From the NCBI GenBank assembly GCA_016700375.1, contig CP065016.1, positions 630,001-662,000 on the forward strand: a stretch of DNA of 32,000 bases, in the 5' to 3' direction. Position numbers and translations under genes: made by a program. The notes beneath the pieces are model-generated. The model was not told the DNA's origin and searched no databases. It was given only the letters and a program-made list of their open reading frames with translations. This document shows positions 8,184-19,425 of the stretch, piece after piece. Each line of letters opens with the position of its first letter. The first letter of the stretch is position 1. This DNA is from Candidatus Saccharimonadota bacterium. Lineage in GTDB: Bacteria; Patescibacteriota; Saccharimonadia; Saccharimonadales; UBA4665.

Positions 8184-8301
8184 AGAGTTTGATTTGACGA
8201 GAACAAACTTCGTTTGTTCCGTTTTTGTGCAATTGTCCGATGGTTCTTAAAGAACTATCGGACGAATCACGAACATTTACTCGTAAAAATAAACGCTCGT
8301 G

Positions 8302-8317
8302 TTGACTAGTTATTGGT
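8302..8317 (-). other. 23S precursor processing stem, 5' strand
   Basis: Perfect 16-nt complement of 4155-4170. Confidence 0.75.
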
Positions 8318-8334
8318 ATGTACAAATCAGGGTT

Positions 8335-8395
8335 ATGAGTTAAGACGTAAGAGTTAAGGAATCTTATCTCTTAAATCATGCCTCTTATCTCTAAT
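8335..8395 (-). repeat. GAGTTAAGA / CTCTTATCTC repeat element in the 23S leader (relative of 7398-7560)
   Basis: The plus strand ATGAGTTAAGACGTAAGAGTTAAGGAATCTTATCTCTTAAATCATGCCTCTTATCTCT has the same arm motifs as the domain I insertion, but with a minimal loop. Confidence 0.6.
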
Positions 8396-8695
8396 TTATT
8401 CCAATAGCCGTTTGTCTACTGTGACTATTTGTTCGTAAAAACAAATAGTCTTGCTTTCTTGTTCGCTGTAACTCTCGAGGGGGTACCCCGAGCGATGTCG
8501 AGCGAACAAATTCTCTTCTCTAACATTTCAACTTGTTAAGTTGCGACTCAAGACACTTCACCGTTGTCCGTATCTTTCGAAAAAGAAAAGATGACGATGC
8601 GTTTTTAGCTTGAGTTTAAGCTTAAAGCTTGGCGGTTTATTTCCGTTTGGTCGGTCTTACCGAAGCCTCACTGTCTAAACTCAAGCATCCGTACA

Positions 8696-8724
8696 ATTCT
8701 ACTCTCTTTTACAGAGGCGGTCAA
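8696..8724 (-). promoter_or_regulatory. sigma70-type promoter for the 23S-5S unit
   Basis: Minus sense TTGACC (8724-8719), 17 nt, TAGAAT (8701-8696). It lies just downstream of the tRNA-unit terminator. Confidence 0.6.
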
Positions 8725-8793
8725 GCCAACCGCGTAGTCATTTTTGCAACACCTTCGCCTCTGATACTGCTTGACGATTGTGTAATATATATC

Positions 8794-8825
8794 ACAAAAA
8801 AATCCGCATACGCGGATTTTTGATT
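8794..8825 (-). terminator. intrinsic terminator after the tRNA-Ala/tRNA-Ile unit (bidirectional shape)
   Basis: ATCCGC-atac-GCGGAT stem flanked by an A-run and a T-run. The minus sense ends in TTTTTTT. Confidence 0.7.
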
Positions 8826-8827
8826 CT

Positions 8828-8870
8828 TGGTGGGCGATGAGGGACTCGAACCTCCGACCTCGTCATTATC
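8828..8870 (-). pseudogene. orphan exact copy of the 3' half of tRNA-Ile (anticodon G34 to CCA)
   Basis: 43/43 nt identical to 8907-8949. Identity stops exactly at the first anticodon base. Confidence 0.9.
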
Positions 8871-8906
8871 TCCTCGGGAGAAAATGATTTGTAAATCAGT
8901 TCTAGC

Positions 8907-8983
8907 TGGTGGGCGATGAGGGACTCGAACCTCCGACCTCGTCATTATCAGTGACGCGCTCTAACCAGCTGAGCTAATCGCCC
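8907..8983 (-). tRNA. tRNA-Ile (anticodon GAU), CCA encoded
   Basis: Minus sense GGGCGAT-TA-GCTC-AGCTGGTTA-GAGC-G-CGTCA-CTGATAA-TGACG-AGGTC-GGAGG-TTCGAGT-CCCTC-ATCGCCC-A-CCA folds as a canonical cloverleaf. Confidence 0.95.
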
Positions 8984-9032
8984 ATCAGCTAGAATTGATT
9001 GAATTTGTAAATTTGCTTCGCTAACGCTCAGC

Positions 9033-9071
9033 TGTCATTTGCAGTGACGCGCTCTAACCAGCTGAGCTAAT
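9033..9071 (-). pseudogene. orphan copy of the tRNA-Ile D-arm and anticodon arm (5' part), anticodon mutated to GCA
   Basis: 30/30 nt identical to 8949-8978 (9042-9071). Homology continues through the anticodon stem (CTGCAAATGACA versus CTGATAATGACG). The acceptor 5' strand has diverged and there is no T-arm. Confidence 0.85.
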
Positions 9072-9168
9072 ATTACCTCACGCCATATCGCTTTTATTTT
9101 AGTTATTCCGCGATTTGGGTTCAGTATATATTTTAGCTAACCGCTAAAATATCGCCCTAGGTTATAAA

Positions 9169-9203
9169 TGGTGGAGACGCTGTGCTTGAGGCACTGCGCC
9201 CCC
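9169..9203 (-). other. tRNA-like minihelix ending in ...TCTCCACCA
   Basis: Minus sense is GGGGGCG-CAGTGCCTCAAGCACAG-CGTCTCC-A-CCA. It forms a 7-bp acceptor-like stem (2 G-U pairs), a short hairpin, a discriminator A and CCA. There is no D arm or anticodon arm. Confidence 0.3.
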
Positions 9204-9214
9204 ATGATAGTAGT

Positions 9215-9285
9215 GAGACACCTTTCATCAGGTTTTCTCATCGCACCGCGCAAATGGAATACATTTGTTCTCGGGCTTCCCTTCC
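9215..9285 (-). repeat. two-hairpin leader cassette, copy 4 (between tRNA-Ala and the minihelix/tRNA-Ile)
   Basis: Plus strand GAGACACCTTTCATCAGGTTTTCTC-aTCGC-accgcgCAAATGGAATACATTTG-ttctcGGGCTTCCCTTCC. Confidence 0.75.
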
Positions 9286-9306
9286 TGCAACCACAGAAAG
9301 CTACTT

Positions 9307-9383
9307 TGGTGGAGTGACGGGGACTCGAACCCCGGACCCCCTGCTTGCAAAGCAGGTGCTCTAGCCAACTGAGCTATCACCCC
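9307..9383 (-). tRNA. tRNA-Ala (anticodon UGC), CCA encoded
   Basis: Minus sense is GGGGTGATAGCTCAGTTGGCTAGAGCACCTGCTTTGCAAGCAGGGGGTCCGGGGTTCGAGTCCCCGTCACTCCACCA. It carries the G3:U70 identity pair and the anticodon loop TTTGCAA. Confidence 0.95.
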
Positions 9384-9402
9384 TCGTCCAAACTACCGCA
9401 GT

Positions 9403-9431
9403 ATTTTAACGGAATACACCTTTAAAAACAA
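9403..9431 (-). promoter_or_regulatory. candidate promoter for the tRNA-Ala/tRNA-Ile unit
   Basis: Minus sense TTGTTT (9431-9426), 17 nt, TAAAAT (9408-9403). It lies about 20 nt upstream of the tRNA-Ala 5' end. Confidence 0.5.
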
Positions 9432-9457
9432 GCACGGAGGCTGGAAAATTTGATATA

Positions 9458-10048
9458 GTGATACGCGTGAACATAGGAATAGCACCGGCAATCGACGAAG
9501 ACATAGAAGATATCCGAGCCATACTCGAACATGGCATACGAAGCAAAATGTATCGGGGCGACCTTGCCTGGGGCGAAGCTGCCACTGACGAAAAACAGCT
9601 AAAGGCCATTATTGCTGGCGGCAATATGTACGTAGCCTACACAGAAGAAGACATAGTAGCGGTATTTATGCTGTTCTGGGACGACCCTGGGCGTTGGGGT
9701 CAGCAACCCCCTGTCGCCGGGTACCTACATCGTTTTGTCGTTGCGCCTGGGCTGCGTGGCCAAAACGTGGGTAGCCAAATAATAGACCTCATTTGCAAGG
9801 AGGTTGCCAAAAATGGCCGTCAATTCCTTCGCCTGACCGCCCCAGCCGATAACGAAAAACTAAAGGCATACCACCTAAAAAACGGCTTCACCCGTGCCGA
9901 CCATAAGGCCAACCCGACTCACCTCTCCGAACCCATAGCCTTCTTTGAGCGTCCCGCTGCAGCAGAGAAAAAAGCATCACAAACTTCACAGAAGAAGTCA
10001 TTCGCCCAAAAACTCCGCAACATCCGCCTCAGCCAACGCTATGAATAG
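9458..10048 (+). CDS. GNAT family N-acetyltransferase
   Basis: 196 aa with acetyl-CoA motif A (HRFVVAPGLRGQNVGSQII). The ORF-track start is the GTG at 9458. An in-frame GTG at 9467 lies 7 nt after an extended -10 box TGaTATAGT (9451-9459), so the mRNA may be leaderless. Confidence 0.8.
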   Translation: MIRVNIGIAPAIDEDIEDIRAILEHGIRSKMYRGDLAWGEAATDEKQLKAIIAGGNMYVAYTEEDIVAVFMLFWDDPGRWGQQPPVAGYLHRFVVAPGLRGQNVGSQIIDLICKEVAKNGRQFLRLTAPADNEKLKAYHLKNGFTRADHKANPTHLSEPIAFFERPAAAEKKASQTSQKKSFAQKLRNIRLSQRYE

Positions 10049-10119
10049 CCCCAATTTATGCTGCAGAAACAGGCCTAGGTTAGCCTAGAAGACTTCTGGG
10101 CTTAGGGCGTAGCGATTCA

Positions 10120-10710
10120 TTATTTCTTGTGGAGGTTTTGTCTCATCCCACATAAAATAAACTGGCACCCAGGGCTTCCACTGCGTCTAACAAAATAGAG
10201 GTGATATCTATGCGTTGAAGGCGGCTCAGTAATGACCGCATGTGCTGAGCCCGTTTGAGTCGCTTCATATGCTTGTATTTTCTCTACCTGCGCTTTTGCA
10301 GCAGCACAGTTGTGACCAACCATTACGCACACATAGTTCACTGCGAGTTTTTCGAGCTCAATCGCTTCCGGGTCGGTCGCAGAAGGTACATATGCTGCGG
10401 CTGGGTATCTTCGAGTATTCTCATCGTATCTAGCACGGGTAATGTCTACCCTCGCCCGTGAAAGCTCAACCTGCAACCGAGTATTTTCACGCTCTAACCG
10501 TTTTTCCGGAGTGTTCGGAACATACTTTGCTATAGCTACAGACAGTAACAACAGCATTAGGACACCGAAAAACGTCAATGACGATTCGTTCGTGCGCCAT
10601 CGTTTTATAAATGAGGGCTTCACTTCTATGGGGTTTTTTGGACTAGGAAATTCTCTTGGTTGCATAATAAGTCTAGTATACCTTGGCTTCAACAAGACTG
10701 TCGACCCCAT
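10120..10710 (-). CDS. hypothetical membrane-anchored protein
   Basis: 196-aa ORF with one hydrophobic helix (LTFFGVLMLLLLSVAIA) followed by a charged coiled-coil-like stretch. No family was recognised. The start is uncertain (M1 or M16). Confidence 0.55.
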   Translation of the reverse strand: MGSTVLLKPRYTRLIMQPREFPSPKNPIEVKPSFIKRWRTNESSLTFFGVLMLLLLSVAIAKYVPNTPEKRLERENTRLQVELSRARVDITRARYDENTRRYPAAAYVPSATDPEAIELEKLAVNYVCVMVGHNCAAAKAQVEKIQAYEATQTGSAHAVITEPPSTHRYHLYFVRRSGSPGCQFILCGMRQNLHKK

Positions 10711-10824
10711 GAAACGGCACTCTCATTAGCTTCACATGATCGTAATTTTGAGCTATTACTCTCGATTGCATTTTATTTTAAACATCACAATACTTCATAA
10801 AGAAGTTGCCATATGCTTAGTAGT

Positions 10825-11883
10825 TCACATTGCAGCGATGTTGTAGTGTGTGGCGGAATAGATGTACTGATCTATAAAAAGTTGCTTGAAGGGGACAATG
10901 GAGTTTTGTTCGTAGAAAATGAGTGTGGCTTCTTTGTAAGCCGTTTCGTCTACCGCACGGTACGATATGGGAGCATAGCCGTTTGCAAGCAAAACGCCAT
11001 TTGCGAGCAAACGAGCTGTCCTTTTGTTGCCGTCGGCAAAGGGCTGTATGTAGCTCATACCCAATACAACCATCAGCGCTTTTTCGTAAACAGAATCAAT
11101 TGCGTTGACGTAGACTAGTAGCTGCTCCAATGCCTCTCTAATCTGGAAAGCATTGCCGAGAGGAACATATTCTGTACCAGTTATGCCAACAACCGTCTGT
11201 CGCAAATTTCGGGCAACACCTAATTCTGAGACGGCAAGCTCCTGTATCTTTTCTATTGCTGAGACGCTTGGTTCGTGCCAAAGCTCAAGATTTTCATAGA
11301 CAAATGTAAAGGCAGCTTTCTGCCCGAGCAACATTTGCACCTCAAACTCAGTATTTTTTGGCGACTTTATGCCATAAAGTAGTAGCTGTTCGGTATCGAG
11401 TAGTGTGTATGTATTTCCTTCTATCCGGGCAGATTTCCATGACATCTCTACAACAAAACGCTCCAATTCACGCTTGCGAACATCGCTATTCTCATTCGCT
11501 TTGTTTCGATAACTTTCTGTCGCGCTATCAAGCTGTTCATTTTCTTGCTCACCCACCATTGTAACTGGGGGCAACTCAAATAGATGATGGTTATAGCCCG
11601 TCTGCATTATCCGGTCTTGCTGTGGTTTTCCCAAGTAGGTATCCACGTCAAACGTTCGGAGCAGTAGTCCTTTGCGCTCTAACGTATATCGTATCGACCG
11701 TCCGGCACCAATTCGCGCTAGATACCCCGCGGCCAACAGATTCGAAAGGCTACGTTTTATAGTTACCAGAGATGTTTTTCTCCCGCTACGGGCGTGTATC
11801 TCTGACGAAGAGTAGCTTTTACCCTTCTCGAAGTAGCTTAGAACTATATTATTCGTATCATTCATAGATAATAATCGTATCAT
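10825..11883 (-). CDS. Fic/Doc family protein with N-terminal winged-helix domain; active-site His replaced by Gln
   Basis: The ORF track gives 10825..11946. The Fic core motif reads QPFADGNKRTAR (11011-11046). The first 21 codons of the long form overlap the 16S terminator hairpin. I therefore prefer the ATG at 11883, 9 nt after TATAAT (11898-11893), or the ATG at 11865. Confidence 0.8.
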   Translation of the reverse strand: MIRLLSMNDTNNIVLSYFEKGKSYSSSEIHARSGRKTSLVTIKRSLSNLLAAGYLARIGAGRSIRYTLERKGLLLRTFDVDTYLGKPQQDRIMQTGYNHHLFELPPVTMVGEQENEQLDSATESYRNKANENSDVRKRELERFVVEMSWKSARIEGNTYTLLDTEQLLLYGIKSPKNTEFEVQMLLGQKAAFTFVYENLELWHEPSVSAIEKIQELAVSELGVARNLRQTVVGITGTEYVPLGNAFQIREALEQLLVYVNAIDSVYEKALMVVLGMSYIQPFADGNKRTARLLANGVLLANGYAPISYRAVDETAYKEATLIFYEQNSIVPFKQLFIDQYIYSATHYNIAAM

Positions 11884-11897
11884 AGTGATACGATTAT
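11871..11897. promoter_or_regulatory. 12-bp perfect inverted repeat (operator-like) over the Fic gene promoter/start
   Basis: ATAATCGTATCA-tag-TGATACGATTAT overlaps the TATAAT box and the preferred ATG. Confidence 0.5.
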
Positions 11898-11902
11898 AGT
11901 CA

Positions 11903-11937
11903 ACAGAAAAGAAGGCCTCTCGCAAGTGATGGCCTTC
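11903..11937 (-). terminator. intrinsic terminator after 16S rRNA
   Basis: GAAGGCC-13 nt-GGCCTTC followed on the minus strand by TTTTCTGTT. It lies downstream of the 16S processing stem. Confidence 0.6.
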
Positions 11938-11971
11938 TTTGTTCATTCAGATTGTATCAGTGCTTTCCTGA

Positions 11972-11998
11972 TTAAAAACTGAATAGTGCAATCAACGT
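11972..11998 (-). other. 16S precursor processing stem, 3' strand
   Basis: ttaaaaactgaatagtgcaatcaacgt pairs with 13711-13720 plus 13746-13762 (27 bp, 1 mismatch). An extra hairpin at 13721-13744 is inserted in the 5' strand. Confidence 0.75.
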
Positions 11999-12136
11999 TG
12001 TTATCACATAAGGTTCAGAAACTGAATGTGTCGTCCGACTTGCGCCGGAAATTGGATTGTCAGTACTGATTTACAATCCATCGACATCGACCTAACTCTG
12101 CATTGATTACTCGTTTGCAGGTTAGTTTCTCCCTAG

Positions 12137-13608
<1,472 letters not shown>

Positions 13609-13813
13609 GAATTTGTCTTAGCGCCAGATTGAATCTGACTTACTTTCATGAATCTATGATTCGAAATTTCTAAAACAATTCACTCCGGCAAAAGCCGGAA
13701 ATGTGAACTGACGTTGATTGTCCCCCTCGTAAAAAGGGGACGTTGCACTATTCAATTTTTAATGAACAAGATTGAGAGACACTAAATAGAGACCTCAAAA
13801 GCACTAGCTGCCT

Positions 13814-13842
13814 ATTGTATAGGTCGAAACTCCACAAGTCAA
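13814..13842 (-). promoter_or_regulatory. sigma70-type promoter for 16S rRNA
   Basis: Minus sense TTGACT (13842-13837), 17 nt, TACAAT (13819-13814). Confidence 0.6.
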
Positions 13843-13883
13843 GGATATATTTGCCCTATTTTGTAGTATTCACCACAACACAT

Positions 13884-14696
13884 TTATTTTGTGGTAAATT
13901 GTCGAAACATAGGATGACCCTCGTGCGCATGAAGGTCTCTAATCATCGCCGTTACAGCGTTTAGCCCCTCAGCATATACAATGGATTCCGGTAGCATATC
14001 TCTTTCGGCTTGAGAAAGGCTTCTCCTTCTCTCCTCAGGCCTATCAATCCAAAACCCCCCAATACCAGGAGCATTATTTGGCTCAGGACGTGAACTCCCG
14101 GTGCCAAATGCCTGATATTTATCTTCAACCATTATGGCATTTCGAGCTGGAGGTACTACTGCGACTGCTCCACTCCATAATATTGGGCGGGGCTGTGGAG
14201 GATATATTAGTCCACTATCCGCATGACGCCAGGAACGAACCTGCCAATCTTTAACATCAGCCCGAGGGGTGATTTCTGGATCAACTATCACATATGGTAA
14301 CCGATTCTGTATGCCCATAGTACAGATTTTTGCTTCTTGATGAAGCGTGGGCCCCATTGTCAAAAGCACCGCCACGGCAACATCAGACTCTTCAACTGCA
14401 TCCAGGAACGGCTGGAAATCTTCGTAAAGTACTTCTTCCGGAGATGTTGTATCGACAAATCGCTGAAATACATTATCTAGATGTTTTGCGGCGCCGATTT
14501 CTTTAATCCAGTCAGTAATTTGTGTCGTTTTGCCCTGGTCGCGTCTTGCATCCACCTCGCGTGATATCTCAGTCGTCGGAACGCCGACTTCTTCCTCTAC
14601 CGCCAGAAGGAACTTCAGTTTTGCAAAACCTGTTTTATAGCAAGTCCGATCTACATCAGTTACAACACACAAATCAACAGGTGAAATTTCAGCCAT
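13884..14696 (-). CDS. hypothetical protein, HAD-like hydrolase fold suspected
   Basis: 270 aa. The N-terminal hhhhDxDxT pattern (LCVVTDVDRTCY) and a late acidic motif (IMVEDK) fit HAD phosphatases. Otherwise unrecognised. Confidence 0.6.
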   Translation of the reverse strand: MAEISPVDLCVVTDVDRTCYKTGFAKLKFLLAVEEEVGVPTTEISREVDARRDQGKTTQITDWIKEIGAAKHLDNVFQRFVDTTSPEEVLYEDFQPFLDAVEESDVAVAVLLTMGPTLHQEAKICTMGIQNRLPYVIVDPEITPRADVKDWQVRSWRHADSGLIYPPQPRPILWSGAVAVVPPARNAIMVEDKYQAFGTGSSRPEPNNAPGIGGFWIDRPEERRRSLSQAERDMLPESIVYAEGLNAVTAMIRDLHAHEGHPMFRQFTTK

Positions 14697-14736
14697 ACAA
14701 TTTATATTGTATCATAATTAGTAGATTTAGTAAACT

Positions 14737-17307
14737 CTACTGTCCACCCACATCATCCAGGGCATCATCCTCATCTAGTTGTTCGGTCTTCTCTACGAGG
14801 GCCAAGGATACAACTTGGTCGCCGTCGTTGAGACGCATAATGCGAACACCCTGCGTTGCGCGGCCGAGTGCAGGAATATCTTTTAGCCCAAGACGAATGG
14901 TTTGACCGTTTTGGCTGATGATTATGACTTCCTGCTCGTCTGTGTCACTTAATGTGTTCACACCGACTAACTCACCCGTTTTACTGTTTACCACGGCAGA
15001 ACGAATGCCAACGCCCCCGCGAGCATGTGGCGTAAACTGAGCAACTTTTGTGCGCTTACCGTAACCATAGCGACTAATCACAAATATGCTACTGTGCTCA
15101 TCCACTACGTCCATGCCAATGACTCGGTCATCGGCACGTAGCCGTATACCACGCACGCCGCGGCTTACTCGACCCATGGGTCGGGAATCGCGCTCGTGGA
15201 AGCGTATAGCCTGTCCTTGGCTTGTGCTTATAATGACTTCATTGTCGCCCGTAGTCATTCGAATCCATTTCAGCTCGTCGCCTTCGTCCAGGTTAATGGC
15301 TATGAGCCCAGTTGTTCGAACGTTTTTGTACTGTTCAAACGGTGTTTTCTTTACAACGCCACGGACGGTACACATTATGAGATTTGCGCTTGTTTCCTTT
15401 TCTGTCTTCGACACGTTTATGACAGCGCTTACCGTTTCTTCTGGCTGTAATTGCAGGAGGTTAACAATGGCTATTCCCTTCGCATTTAAGGAGGCGGCGG
15501 GCACTTCATATGTCTTCAGGCGGAAGACGCGACCTTTGTTCGTGAAGAACAGTAGAAAATCATGCGTAGATGCATTTACAACGTGTTCGATAACATCTTC
15601 CTCACGTGTAGCCATGCCCCGACGACCTTTTCCACCCCTTCCTTGGCGTTTGTATTCTGCCAAAGTACTGCGTTTTACATAGTTTGCCGATGTAAGCGTT
15701 ACAACTACCTGCTCATCAGGCACAAGGTCTTCGTCGCTCAACTTGTTAAGTTCGCTCGCAACAACGCGCGTTCGACGTTCGTCTCCGTACTGTTTTTTAA
15801 GCTGTTTCATCTCATCTTTTATGATGCCCAGTATTTTCTTTTCGTCGGCAAGAATGGCCTCTAGTTCAGCAATGAGTTTCATAAGTTCGACTAGTTCGTC
15901 TTCAATTTTCTTGCGCTCAAGGCCGGCGAGCGTTCGAAGCTGCATGGCAAGGATAGCTTTGGCTTGAATTTCAGATAGTGCAAATTTTTTAATCAAATTT
16001 GCCTGAGCTTCTTCGGTGGTCTGACTGGCTCGAATAGTATTGATGACTTCGTCGATATTATCGAGTGCAATCTTGAGCCCTTCGAGCACATGGGCTCGGT
16101 CTTTCGCCTTACGGAGTTCAAACTCTGTTCTTCGGCGCACAACCTGCTGTCTGTGTTTGATATGTTCGCTTAGAATATCCTGCAGGCCAAGCACTCGAGG
16201 CTGTATGCCGTCTATAAGGGCCATCATGTTGTAGTGGAAGCTGGTCTGAAGCGGGGTGAGCTTATACAACTGATTGAGCAACTTTTTGGGGTAGGCGTCC
16301 TTTTTGAGGTCTATAACAATCCGGACGCTGCCGCGAGCACTTTCATCGCGCAAATCGCTGATACCCGATATTTTCTTTTCTTTCACAAGGTCGGCAATTT
16401 TGATAACTAAACTTTCTTTGTTTAGTGCGTACGGAATCTCACTAATAACAATTTGGTGCCTGCCCTTGACACCTTCGACTATCTCGGCAACACCGCGCAC
16501 CACCACTCCGCCGCGACCGGTTGCGTAAGCCTGGCGAATAGAGCCAGCACCATACACAATACCTCCCGTCGGGAAGTCAGGACCAGTAATGAACTCAAGC
16601 AGTTTGTCGAGTGGGGCATCGGGATGGTCTATTTTATATACCGTAGCGTCTATAACTTCGCTTAGGTTGTGGGGCGGAATGTTCGTAGCCATACCCACAG
16701 CAATACCAAGCTGTCCGTTTAGCAGTAGGTTTGGCAGTTTAGCCGGCAGCACGGTAGGTTCCTGTGTGGTGCCGTCATAGTTATCACGAAAATCTACCGT
16801 ATCTTTGTCTATATCTGCCAAAAGCTCATCGGCCAACCGATGCATTTTGGCTTCGGTATACCGCATAGCTGCGGGCGGGTCACCGTCCATACTACCGAAG
16901 TTGCCCTGCCCGTTGACGAGCAAATAGCGCGTTGACCAGGGTTGCGCCAAGCGCACCATAGAGTCATATATAGAGGCGTCACCGTGGGGGTGATATTTAC
17001 CCATTACTGCACCAACCACGTTTGCACTCTTGCGGTGCCGCGCACTGCTGCGAAGCCCCTCTTCGTTCATAGAATACATAATGCGGCGATGCACCGGCTT
17101 CATACCGTCACGCACGTCTGGGAGAGCCCTGTCGATGATAACGCTCATAGAGTAGCGCAGGTAGCTATCTTCCATGACACTCTCGACCGTGCGGCCTTCG
17201 ACCACGCGCGAATGGTCCGACTGTATAATTTCTACTTCGTTCCGATGCTCAAGTCGCTCTTCGTCCTCGACATCAAGTGGTGTGTTATCTAGTGTTTGGT
17301 CATCCAT
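14737..17307 (-). CDS. gyrA: DNA gyrase subunit A
   Basis: 856 aa. It has the active-site/QRDR region [23 protein letters not shown], the catalytic [10 protein letters not shown], and C-terminal beta-pinwheel repeats. Confidence 0.98.
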   Translation of the reverse strand: MDDQTLDNTPLDVEDEERLEHRNEVEIIQSDHSRVVEGRTVESVMEDSYLRYSMSVIIDRALPDVRDGMKPVHRRIMYSMNEEGLRSSARHRKSANVVGAVMGKYHPHGDASIYDSMVRLAQPWSTRYLLVNGQGNFGSMDGDPPAAMRYTEAKMHRLADELLADIDKDTVDFRDNYDGTTQEPTVLPAKLPNLLLNGQLGIAVGMATNIPPHNLSEVIDATVYKIDHPDAPLDKLLEFITGPDFPTGGIVYGAGSIRQAYATGRGGVVVRGVAEIVEGVKGRHQIVISEIPYALNKESLVIKIADLVKEKKISGISDLRDESARGSVRIVIDLKKDAYPKKLLNQLYKLTPLQTSFHYNMMALIDGIQPRVLGLQDILSEHIKHRQQVVRRRTEFELRKAKDRAHVLEGLKIALDNIDEVINTIRASQTTEEAQANLIKKFALSEIQAKAILAMQLRTLAGLERKKIEDELVELMKLIAELEAILADEKKILGIIKDEMKQLKKQYGDERRTRVVASELNKLSDEDLVPDEQVVVTLTSANYVKRSTLAEYKRQGRGGKGRRGMATREEDVIEHVVNASTHDFLLFFTNKGRVFRLKTYEVPAASLNAKGIAIVNLLQLQPEETVSAVINVSKTEKETSANLIMCTVRGVVKKTPFEQYKNVRTTGLIAINLDEGDELKWIRMTTGDNEVIISTSQGQAIRFHERDSRPMGRVSRGVRGIRLRADDRVIGMDVVDEHSSIFVISRYGYGKRTKVAQFTPHARGGVGIRSAVVNSKTGELVGVNTLSDTDEQEVIIISQNGQTIRLGLKDIPALGRATQGVRIMRLNDGDQVVSLALVEKTEQLDEDDALDDVGGQ

Positions 17308-17310
17308 ATC

Positions 17311-19332
<2,022 letters not shown>

Positions 19333-19425
19333 CTAGTATATCGTGTATTTGACGTTTCTACAAGATACGACACGCCGTAAACAGCCGTTCCCGTATGTGC
19401 CTTAGCCAACAGTTAGGCGCTAAAA

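Noticed and set aside
8629-8945. ORFs 8629..8823 (+) and 8721..8945 (-).
   Set aside because: They overlap the 23S promoter region, a terminator hairpin and the tRNA-Ile sequences. The amino-acid repeats in the minus ORF simply reflect the duplicated tRNA half.
9406-9624. 72-aa minus-strand ORF.
   Set aside because: It is antisense to the GNAT gene start and overlaps the candidate tRNA promoter. It has no supporting features.
11914-11926. The 13-nt word GGCCTCTCGCAAG shared by the 16S terminator loop and the hairpin at 24700-24712.
   Set aside because: Several 13-mer coincidences are expected by chance in a 32-kb window. The flanking stems are unrelated.
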